Source: Acidobacteriota bacterium (GTDB lineage Bacteria > Acidobacteriota > UBA890 > WLXD01). Taken from it: a DNA stretch of 64,000 nt. The position numbers and the translations under genes were made by a program. Positions 18,562-26,623 of this stretch are shown here, piece by piece. The notes under the pieces were generated by a model. It was not told the DNA's origin. It searched no databases and worked only from the letters and a program-made list of their open reading frames with translations. The DNA lies in NCBI GenBank assembly GCA_963666215.2, contig CAXWPL010000004.1, forward strand, positions 1 to 64,000, in the 5' to 3' direction. Within the stretch, counting starts at the first letter, position 1, and every line of letters starts with the position of its first letter.

Positions 18562-18800
18562 GCAAAAAGATAGCCATGGACGCACGGCCGCAGGTCGTGA
18601 CACCGCAAGCTGACAAATGGGTTGGCCAACGAACCTCAGCGGCGACCGGCTCCACCAAGCGCTTGACCGTCGACGTGCCCGAGGATAACCACGCTCGCTT
18701 CAAGGCATGTTGCGCCATGCGCAAAACAAAAATGGCCGAGGAGATCAACGCCTTCATCGAGAGACACATCACCGAGGTATGGGGCGAGCCGGAATCATGA
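18558..18800 (+). CDS. ParG-like ribbon-helix-helix partition protein
   Basis: ATGA overlap with parA; KRLTVDVPEDNHARFKACCA...MAEEI. Confidence 0.8.
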   Translation: MSKKIAMDARPQVVTPQADKWVGQRTSAATGSTKRLTVDVPEDNHARFKACCAMRKTKMAEEINAFIERHITEVWGEPES

Positions 18801-18895
18801 GAGCGCCTAGTGCGGCCCTGTAAAACGTATGCTGGAAATCCAACGGCTCGACACTCGACACCACGCACCTGCGCGCCCGCGTGCGCGCTAGGGCT

Positions 18896-20098
18896 ATGAG
18901 ACAGCGACCCAACAGCTCTACGATTGCTGCGGCGCTGGACCTGCGACGGCGAGGTTCCGAGTGGGTAGGACCTTGCCCGCGTTGTGGCGGCACGGATCGG
19001 TTCCACGTGCAAGTACGCGACGGTCTGTTCGGTTGCCGTGGCTGCGGCGAAGATTCGGCCGGCCTGTTCGAGGTCGTCATGCGGGCGGCCGGATGTTGGG
19101 ACGATTCGCCCGCCGCCGCCAGACGAAACTATGGGCCATCACCCCCGGTGCCCCGACGACAGCCACGCGAACCCGCACGCAAGCCCGACTATCGGCACGT
19201 GTCAGTGACCGCCTACGGGACCCCGGCGGCGGGGTACCTGGATCGTCGCGGAGTCTGGCCCGAGAGCCGCTCCGACGAGCTGCCCGCGTCCGTTCGGTGG
19301 CTCCCTGCACGTCTCGCGCCCGCTGAAATCCGGGGCAGTCTCGCCGATTACCTCGCGCACCCTGACGCCGTGGCCGGGCTGGCGATGTACGTCTACCGCA
19401 CCCGAGAAGGCGAGCTTACGTGTGCGAAGTTCGAGGCGATCTCGGCCGCCGGCCAACGGCTCAACGGACGCGACGGGGCCGCCTGGAAACGCAACTACGG
19501 GAAGGTGGAGGGCGGGCTATTCGTTCCGCTCGATACCGACGGCGGCGACTGGCACTTGACCGAAGGCGAGGCCGACGCGCTGGCCGTTGCGTCCACTCTC
19601 GAGACGGGCCGCGTCGTGTGCGCGGCGGGCACGGCGGGATGGAAGCTGTCAACGTGCGACGACGCCCGCGGCCGTCGGATCGTGCTGCATCCTGACAACG
19701 ACTACGCCGGGCTGAACAAGGCGCGGCGGTTGCACGAATCTCTGGTGCTCGCCCGCGTGCCCGTCCGCGTGGTGCTGTCCCGAGTAGACCCCGCTGCCAG
19801 CGCTGGGCATGTTTTGCTACCTCGTTTGCTAGCCCTGTTGCTACGGCCCCGACGATCTCGGCATCACGGCCGGCGGTGGCAAGGCGTCGCGCCTTGCCGC
19901 TCAGGACGCCCACGGATGCCCGCCCTGGATCCACCTATGGGAAACCTCGCGGCCCGGCAGAGAGCGGCCTACGGGCGGCGCGTGCGCGGGTGTCGGGTTC
20001 GCGTGCGCGAGTGTCCAATTTGTAGAAGCAGTGGTCTCGCGCGCGTGCGCGAGTGTCGGATCTGTAGCACTTGCAACCATCTGCCTACGGGCGGCTGA
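18896..20098 (+). CDS. Zn-ribbon plus Toprim primase (P4-alpha-like N-terminus); probably truncated near 19800 with read-through
   Basis: WVGPCPRCGGTDRF...CRGC; Toprim LTEGEADALA and PDND; the 3' tail runs through repeats and a rep relic. Confidence 0.85.
   Translation: MRQRPNSSTIAAALDLRRRGSEWVGPCPRCGGTDRFHVQVRDGLFGCRGCGEDSAGLFEVVMRAAGCWDDSPAAARRNYGPSPPVPRRQPREPARKPDYRHVSVTAYGTPAAGYLDRRGVWPESRSDELPASVRWLPARLAPAEIRGSLADYLAHPDAVAGLAMYVYRTREGELTCAKFEAISAAGQRLNGRDGAAWKRNYGKVEGGLFVPLDTDGGDWHLTEGEADALAVASTLETGRVVCAAGTAGWKLSTCDDARGRRIVLHPDNDYAGLNKARRLHESLVLARVPVRVVLSRVDPAASAGHVLLPRLLALLLRPRRSRHHGRRWQGVAPCRSGRPRMPALDPPMGNLAARQRAAYGRRVRGCRVRVRECPICRSSGLARVRECRICSTCNHLPTGG
19843..19877. repeat. 35-bp copy of the rep HTH-coding segment
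   Basis: ACGGCCCCGACGATCTCGGCATCACGGCCGGCGGT matches about 20682-20717 with one mismatch. Confidence 0.85.
19980..20059. repeat. Three dispersed copies of GCGTGCGCG(A/G)GTGTC
   Basis: Copies near 19980, 20001 and 20043. Confidence 0.75.
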
Positions 20099-20492
20099 CC
20101 GGCGATCCCCGCGCCATCGAAACCCGGACGAGCAACCCGATGACAGTGGGGCCCCTGGCCGTGTCGAAGGATGCTGAAATCACGACGCAGACCGGCGCCC
20201 GCTGGCAGACCATCGCCACGCTTCCTGAGGAGCGCTTCGAGGCCCACATCGCCGAGACGAAAGATGCCGCCGAGGAGCTGATGACCGCCGGCATGCCCCC
20301 CCGCCCCCAGAGGGGGAGCCTCCGCGCGGGGCGCTACGTTGCTGCTCCCCCCGGGTACCTGCCAGAACAAACAAGAGCACCAGCCACAGCACAAGCCTTC
20401 TCGCGAGCTTGCGCTTCGCGGAGAGAGAGCCCCCGAAAGGGGGGCTTCAAGCAAAGAGCACAAAGCACAAGCAAAAGCAGGGGCCAAGGCCC

Positions 20493-20604
20493 CACTATCT
20501 GTGTTCGGCTTCACTTGACACCCCCCGGCGGGCACTATCTGTGTTCGGCTTCACTTGACACCCCCCGGCGGGCACTATCTGTGTTCGGCTTCACTTGACA
20601 CCCC
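20493..20604. repeat. 40-bp tandem repeat x2.8 at the rep 3' end; probable ColE2-type origin
   Basis: CACTATCTGTGTTCGGCTTCACTTGACACCCCCCGGCGGG at 20493 and 20533, and a partial copy at 20573 that contains the rep stop. Confidence 0.9.
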
Positions 20605-21505
20605 TGCCGACGATGTAGCCCACGCCGGCATGCGTGAGCCCGTAGGCCATGGCAACGGCGCGCAGCGACTCACCCCGCGCGACGGCCCCGACGATCTCAG
20701 CATCACGGCCGGCGGTACCCTCGCGGCGCACCTGGCCGCTACGAACTCCACCGAGCGCGCCGCGGCGCGTCTGCGACTCTGAGTCCCACGTAAACCGGCC
20801 TTGCCCCATAGCGCCGGCCTTGCGCTTGCCCCAGAACCGGCCCTGCTCTGTCCACCGGCGCCGGTAGCGCTCCACTGACTTTGCCAACGCTTGGACGTCG
20901 CCATAGGACAGCGGGCCGGCCGGATGGTCCGAGAAGTGCTCGACGTTCGCCGCGAGCGCTGCGGGCAGCACCGCATAGGCGAGGTTAGAAGGCGAGCCGG
21001 CCCATCCCATGCAGGCGCAGAACAGGTAGCAGTTGCGGCCGGCCTCGGTCCGTATCGTGGACACGATCGTCGGCGTCCGCCATCCAAACGGTATGACCTC
21101 GGCCAGCTCATCGAGCGAGTAAGGCTCATGCCTTCCCCACCCCGTCTTGAACCCGCGGCCGTGTGCGGCCGCCATCGGGTTATGAGTCAACACGCCCGTA
21201 TAGCTACGATCGGCGCCGAGCACCTCCGCGTAGTACTCCGAGACGCGGGCAAGGTGTCGTAGCGGTGCCGTGCGCGCGCCCTCGCCTCGATGCACCGGCC
21301 GAGCTAGACAGTAGATCACGTGCGAGCCGCCGGAGCTCCGCCGCGTCGTGGTCCAATTATCGAGGCGTACTAGCCCGGTCGCTTGCGCCTCAATCACGCG
21401 CGCCGTACCGTCGCGGCCGTCGCAGTCGTGCACTATCGCGGGCCAGCTATTGGCCGCGCGTAACTCGATCTCCGGATAGTCCCATGCGCGCCACGCGGGA
21501 ACGGC
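20591..21505 (-). pseudogene. ColE2-family replication initiator (Replicase-PriCT-HTH), 5' end missing or frameshifted
   Basis: GSHVIYCLARPV, LGADRSYTGVLTHNP, YSLDEL, GRNCYLF, C-terminal HTH; the frame extends upstream of GTG 21433 (AWDYPEIEL..NSWPAIVHDCD) without a start codon. Confidence 0.85.
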
Positions 21506-21581
21506 GCACGAGCTGCAAAAACAGATCCGACGGGTCCAATCGTCGCGGCGCCTGAAGACCCACCTCCGTCGAGCGGATCGC

Positions 21582-24356
21582 TTATTGGCCGCCCTCCTCG
21601 GCTTCGTCAGCCTCCTCCTCCTCCTCCTCGGCTTCGTCAGCCTCCTCCTCCGCGCTCCAGAACGCGGAGGTGTCGGGCGCCGCGGCAGCTACCTGGGAGC
21701 TGTACAGCAGGCTGTTGAAGAGAATCTTGAACGTACCGAACGGCTGTCCCCGCCATTGCGGCTTGAAGCCGAGAAGGATGACGTGGCCATCGCCGTGCTT
21801 CACATCCACGGCCGCGGCATAACCCAGCATGTGCTCCTCGCCGAGTAGGTAGCCCGACAAACGCGGCGTTCCCACGTCGGCGTAGCGCGCGAACACGCTG
21901 CCGTCGAAGCCTTCCTCGGTCGAGAACACGGGACTCTGGTTGCCGAACAACTTGGCGTCGGTCGGCATTCCCGACATCACCGGATGCGCCGGATCCACCT
22001 CAGCAGCCACGATTGTGCCGCTGAGGAAAAACTCGGTGGACTCGAGGCCGTCAGTGACATTCGTCACCGGCAGATGCAACTGCTCGATGGCGAACGTCGT
22101 CGACTGGTTCAGGCACACGAGGGTCCCTCCGCGGCGCACGAACTCTTCGAGCGCACGCACGCCTGGCACTCCGATGCCTCCGGCGTAGCGCGGCGGGACG
22201 CTTCCTTTGCGGGAGCCATTGAGGATGCCTCCGCCGCGCGGGCCGCCACCTCCAATATCCACGAGCAGGATCACGTCGTGGCGATCACGCAGATTACCGG
22301 CGATCATCTCGGCGTTGTAGATACTGCTGTAGTCGAACTCGTAGCTTTCGAGCAGCCAGCGCGTCCAGCCTTCATCCATACTCGCGGCCCACGGGCGATA
22401 AACGCCGATGCGCGGCTGATCCATCTCGTTGCCGCCGCCTCGGACGCGCTCCGCCCGCAGCGCCAGGTCGCCAACCAGCGCGTTGATCTCGGGCTCGCCC
22501 AAACCCGAAACGAGGTAGCGGCCGGCGCTGCCGGGCTCGCCCTCGTCTCCTGCCACACCGGGCTCGAACGCCACGCGCCCGCCCTGCGCCCAGGCGCGGT
22601 TGAGCGCCTTGAAGGTGTTGTTCTGCGCCGGGTCGAGCGCCAGCACAGCGCCCGTGCCGGTTGCCCGACCGGCGGGCGGCACGATTCCTGCCGCGACCGG
22701 ATGGGAGTCGAAGCCCACGTCTGGTGGCGAATCGAAGTCGGCACCTCCAGCCGCATCGTCCCATGTCAACGCGGTGCCCTGCACGGGGCTCATCGCCGCG
22801 CGCAGCGTGTCATCGAGCGGTGTCGCCCCCTCGACCACGTCGACATCCATCTGGTACTGCAATGTCCAGCCGGAGACATCGTAGGGCTGGTCGGGAGGCC
22901 CCTCGGGGAACTGCCGCAGATCAGGATAGTCCTGGATCGCGAACAGCTGGCGTACGAAGTTGGCGAACTCCTGGTCCATGCGGATGGCCCAGGTACCGGC
23001 GGCGTAGCTTTGACCCTCGTAGTCGACCGTCTGGGTCAGCTGGTCGACCTCGATGCCGTTGAAAGCCAGCCGTCGAAGCAACTCGACCGCGGCGACTGGA
23101 TCGCGCTGGTCCTGGCGTACGAAGAAGACGTACGGCGGATCCTGCGTGTGCATGCGAATGACGTCGCGGCCCGCCTGGTAGCGGTTGTAGAGAACGTCCA
23201 CCTTGTACTTGGCGGCGTAGTCAAGCACCGACATCGAAGCCGTGAGCATATACTCCACCGAATCGGCCAAACGCCACCAGCCGCCGGGCCAGGGGCTCGA
23301 AGAAAGCGACTCCGGGCGCTGGTCGCGCGATCGCGGCGGCCTGTCCTGGATGGTGTAGAAGCGCGGCGTCGCGCTTCCGTGGCGCCCCGTCTCGGTGAGA
23401 AACGCAGCCACGTTGTGGAAGTTGTTGGCGTGATCGATAAAACCTGGATACCAATCGTCGAAACCCGTGCCCATATGCGTCGCACCGGGCAAGCCGCGTT
23501 CCTCGAGCCCCGCCGACATCGCCATACCGATCTGGTTCACCGTGCGCCACATCAGCGGATGAACATACGGCGAGATCGGCTCGGCAAAGGGCGGAATCCA
23601 GATCGTTGCCGGGTTGGGCGCCGTCTGGTGATGGTTGTAGAGGATTTGCGGCTCCCACTCACGAGCCACCCGTGTGGCAACGCGCGACTCGATCATGTTG
23701 ATCATGTAGCCGTCGCGGTTGTTGTCGTGGCCGACGTACTTCTGGTAAAGCTGCGGCATCCGCGAGAGTTCGAACGGAGTCCCGAGGTTGCTGTTGTACC
23801 AATCGACCACCATGTTCTGGCCATCGGGGTTGATCGACGGCCACAGCAGCAGGATCACATTGTCGAGAATGGCGCTGGTCTCGACATCGTTCGGGTCGTC
23901 GTCACCGGCCAGCAGGTCGTAGGCGAGCTGAATGGTGTGCTGAGCGTGCGCGGTCTCGCTGGCGTGTAAACCACCGTCGATATGAACGATGGCTTTGCCC
24001 TCTCTCGCCAGAGAGCGCGCTTCTGCATCGCTCAAGCCCTTGGGATGAGCGAGTCGCTGGGCGATTTCCCTGTTGCGATCCAGGTTCGCCAGGTTCTCGG
24101 CTGATGAGATGACCGCGACATGCCACGGAAGCCCGAACGAAGTCCGACCCACCTCGATCATTTGCAACCGATCGTCGGCCGCGTCGAGCGCTTGGAAGTA
24201 CTCGATGGACTGGTCGTAGCGCGCCAAATGGAAGTCGGCGCCGACTTCGAAGCCGAGCACCGACTCCGGTGTGGGGAGCTGCTGCGCCCCGGCGGTGGAA
24301 ACCAGGCCGATTGCGAGCACGGCGGCGAGACGGACGGCAAACGGTAACCGCTTCAT
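21582..24356 (-). CDS. Secreted M14 zinc carboxypeptidase with a C-terminal GATase-like domain
   Basis: Signal peptide; GLHASE, NPDG, HDNNRD, NHHQ; SMDEGWTRWLLE; acidic tail from a 30-bp duplication (21593-21651). Confidence 0.9.
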   Translation of the reverse strand: MKRLPFAVRLAAVLAIGLVSTAGAQQLPTPESVLGFEVGADFHLARYDQSIEYFQALDAADDRLQMIEVGRTSFGLPWHVAVISSAENLANLDRNREIAQRLAHPKGLSDAEARSLAREGKAIVHIDGGLHASETAHAQHTIQLAYDLLAGDDDPNDVETSAILDNVILLLWPSINPDGQNMVVDWYNSNLGTPFELSRMPQLYQKYVGHDNNRDGYMINMIESRVATRVAREWEPQILYNHHQTAPNPATIWIPPFAEPISPYVHPLMWRTVNQIGMAMSAGLEERGLPGATHMGTGFDDWYPGFIDHANNFHNVAAFLTETGRHGSATPRFYTIQDRPPRSRDQRPESLSSSPWPGGWWRLADSVEYMLTASMSVLDYAAKYKVDVLYNRYQAGRDVIRMHTQDPPYVFFVRQDQRDPVAAVELLRRLAFNGIEVDQLTQTVDYEGQSYAAGTWAIRMDQEFANFVRQLFAIQDYPDLRQFPEGPPDQPYDVSGWTLQYQMDVDVVEGATPLDDTLRAAMSPVQGTALTWDDAAGGADFDSPPDVGFDSHPVAAGIVPPAGRATGTGAVLALDPAQNNTFKALNRAWAQGGRVAFEPGVAGDEGEPGSAGRYLVSGLGEPEINALVGDLALRAERVRGGGNEMDQPRIGVYRPWAASMDEGWTRWLLESYEFDYSSIYNAEMIAGNLRDRHDVILLVDIGGGGPRGGGILNGSRKGSVPPRYAGGIGVPGVRALEEFVRRGGTLVCLNQSTTFAIEQLHLPVTNVTDGLESTEFFLSGTIVAAEVDPAHPVMSGMPTDAKLFGNQSPVFSTEEGFDGSVFARYADVGTPRLSGYLLGEEHMLGYAAAVDVKHGDGHVILLGFKPQWRGQPFGTFKILFNSLLYSSQVAAAAPDTSAFWSAEEEADEAEEEEEEADEAEEGGQ

Positions 24357-24643
24357 CGGATGAGCTCCTTCTGGGCCGCGGGGCGGCTCCAGTCAGACGA
24401 GGTCGAACGAACAACGGGGACTTGGGCGAGATCCGTTGAAGTGACGACGATAGGGCGCGTGCGCTTCCGTCGTGAGCTCCCGAGCGGTGCGGCGCGAGAG
24501 CCCCCGACAAATTAGGACAACCAGAGCGCATATATTCGGCCCAAGGGGCCCGGGCCGCAACCCACGCTATCGCTCTGCCCCGTCAGCCCCTCGACTCGTC
24601 ACAACGGAAGACGCCCAACCGCCCGGATCTCTATGCTGATTGG

Positions 24644-25009
24644 ATGCCCGCATGTCCGATCTGCCGCGCCGAGTATCGTCTCGGGTTCCTCAGCTGCTCC
24701 GACTGCCAGGTTGACCTCGTGGAGCACCTCGCCGTGCCTCCGATGGTTGCGGAGTCGGATCGAGAGTGGACCCTGCTGAGGGTGATGTCGTCGGATCTCG
24801 AGGCTCGCCTGGTCCAGGGATACCTCGAAACATCGGGTATCCCTTGCTCGCTCGAATCCCTCAAATTCAACGCCGAGCCGGTTAACTTCGGCCCCATGAG
24901 TCGCATCCGCGTCCACGTGCTGGCACAGGACATGGAACGCGCCGAGAACGCGTTGTGCGAGCTCGAGGCAAGCGAGGGGCTGAGCGCCGAGGCCGACGTT
25001 CAGGACTGA
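24644..25009 (+). CDS. DUF2007-type protein with an N-terminal Zn ribbon
   Basis: CPICRAEYR....CSDCQVDLV; EARLVQGYLETSGIP. Confidence 0.75.
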   Translation: MPACPICRAEYRLGFLSCSDCQVDLVEHLAVPPMVAESDREWTLLRVMSSDLEARLVQGYLETSGIPCSLESLKFNAEPVNFGPMSRIRVHVLAQDMERAENALCELEASEGLSAEADVQD

Positions 25010-25076
25010 GGCGTCGACAAGATCGCGCGCTCGCGCGGGGAAGTCTCTCGGGCTATGCGGCCGCCCGTTGGAGCGG

Positions 25077-25397
25077 CTACTCGGGTTCGATGATCACCGC
25101 GGTGCCGTAGGCGATGATTTCGGCAACGTTGGCCATCACCGCCGAAGTACCGAGGCGAATTTCCAGCACGGCGTTGGCGCCCAGCTGCCGTGCCTCGTCG
25201 ACCATTCGATCGAGCGCCTGCTCGCGCGCCTCGGCGAGCATCTTCGTGTAGTCGGCCAGTTCCCCACCCACCATGCTCTTGAGCGCGGCCGAGATATCAC
25301 GACCGATGTGACGCGAACGTAACGTATTGCCGCGAACCAGGCCCAACGTCTTGGTGAGGCGGTGCCGCGCCACGGTGGCGGTTGTCGTAAGGATCAT
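25077..25397 (-). CDS. YbjQ (UPF0145) family protein
   Basis: LGLVRG...GGELADYTKMLAEAREQALDRM...GANAV...AYGTAV; ATGA-coupled. Confidence 0.92.
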   Translation of the reverse strand: MILTTTATVARHRLTKTLGLVRGNTLRSRHIGRDISAALKSMVGGELADYTKMLAEAREQALDRMVDEARQLGANAVLEIRLGTSAVMANVAEIIAYGTAVIIEPE

Positions 25398-25885
25398 CGC
25401 TGTACCTCCCGGTAGCGTTCCGTGCGGTGGCGAAAGAGGGTCTCCCGCCCGAACGAGATCAGCAGCACAATCGTGCCGGCAAGAAGCGCCCCAAGACCAA
25501 GGCGAGCCACCAACGGGACGTCGGATGAGAGAAAGAACCCCTGGGTGAGATGCCAGGCACCGAAACCGATCAAGACCAGAGCCCCGAGCGACAGCAGGAT
25601 CCAACCGACACGTCGCTCGATCTGGCCGTAGATGCCTGCCCAGGCGACCTCACTGCTCACGGAAACATGTTGTTGCGCCATCTCTTCGGTGACCTTCCCC
25701 AGCTGGCGGTATGCCGTTTCCTCGCCACGGCAGGCAACGCACACGGCGAGGTGGTTTTCGAGTGATTCCTGCTCCTCCGGCCCGAGCTCACCGTCGAGGT
25801 AGCCCATCAACAGGATCCGCGCGGGCTCACAAGTCAGTACTTGATCGCCGCGTGCCGGGGAACTGGGTACTCGCTCGCTGCTCAT
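25394..25885 (-). CDS. Zinc-finger (ZAS, zf-HC2) membrane anti-sigma factor
   Basis: C...YLDGEL...HLAVCVAC; two TM helices. Confidence 0.88.
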   Translation of the reverse strand: MSSERVPSSPARGDQVLTCEPARILLMGYLDGELGPEEQESLENHLAVCVACRGEETAYRQLGKVTEEMAQQHVSVSSEVAWAGIYGQIERRVGWILLSLGALVLIGFGAWHLTQGFFLSSDVPLVARLGLGALLAGTIVLLISFGRETLFRHRTERYREVQR

Positions 25886-25895
25886 TGTTCTGTAC

Positions 25896-26578
25896 TCATG
25901 CGGTGTGCTCCCGGCCGCCGTTAGCCTCCACACCCCCACCAACTTCGGGGGGCTCGGAGATCTCAGACGGCCTGAGGCTAGGGTCCAACTCTTCCAGTCG
26001 AGCCCGCATGCGCTTGCGGACACGGTACAAACGCGACATCACCGTGCCGCGGGGTATGCCGAGCGCGACAGCAAGCTCGTCGTACGTGTAACCCTCGATG
26101 TGCTTGAGCACGATTAGCGAGCGATCGTCCTCATCGAGATCAACCAGCGCGCGACGAACCAGGTCGGTTGTCTTGCGGCCGGCTGAGGGAACGCTGTCCG
26201 ACAGGGCCGCCCAGTGGCCGGGTCGTTCCGCGGCGGCGCGGGCGCGCGCCGCCGCACGACCACGACTCCGCAGGAACATACGGCAACGATTGAGGAGGAT
26301 CCCGCGCAGCCACGGGAAGAACGGGGACCCTCTTCGTGTGTCGGCATCGCCTTGTACGCGGCGACGAAGGCCTCCTGAGCCAGATCTCTGGCGTCCTCCC
26401 CGTTGCCGACCATCGCGTGAGCCAAGCGGACCGCGCGCGCGAAGTAGGCGTCCACAAGGGGTCGATAGGCGGTCGCCCGACCGAGCCGGCATTCGGCAAG
26501 TATCTGTGCTTCCAGCGCTACGTCGATGGCCACGGGGCGGTTCTCTTGTCGTGCTCGTTGGGTGTCTTTCCCCTTCAT
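25896..26578 (-). CDS. ECF sigma factor, 1-nt frameshift near 26328-26330
   Basis: Region 2 DARDLAQEAF and region 4 YDELAVALGIPRGTVMSRLYR are in different frames; adding one G restores EEGSPFFPWL. Confidence 0.88.
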
Positions 26579-26623
26579 GTGCCGCACCAACCGTATCTAT
26601 TCGCGTTTCGCGTTGATTCTTCG

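Larger units (their letters stand above)
4700..21580. mobile_element. Degraded integrated plasmid/defence island (boundaries approximate)
   Basis: Rep, ParAG, primase, resolvase, TA, IS and nuclease/helicase relics lie between housekeeping-type genes; no att repeat or tRNA was seen. Confidence 0.75.

Noticed and set aside
20493-20604. CRISPR array
   Set aside because: The units are contiguous identical repeats with no unique spacers, and there are no cas genes in the window.
4700-21580. attL/attR direct repeats or a tRNA integration site
   Set aside because: None found by eye at either boundary, so the island limits stay approximate.
21984-23969. 661-aa plus-strand ORF and similar long antisense ORFs elsewhere
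   Set aside because: Antisense shadows of high-GC genes with clear motifs on the other strand.
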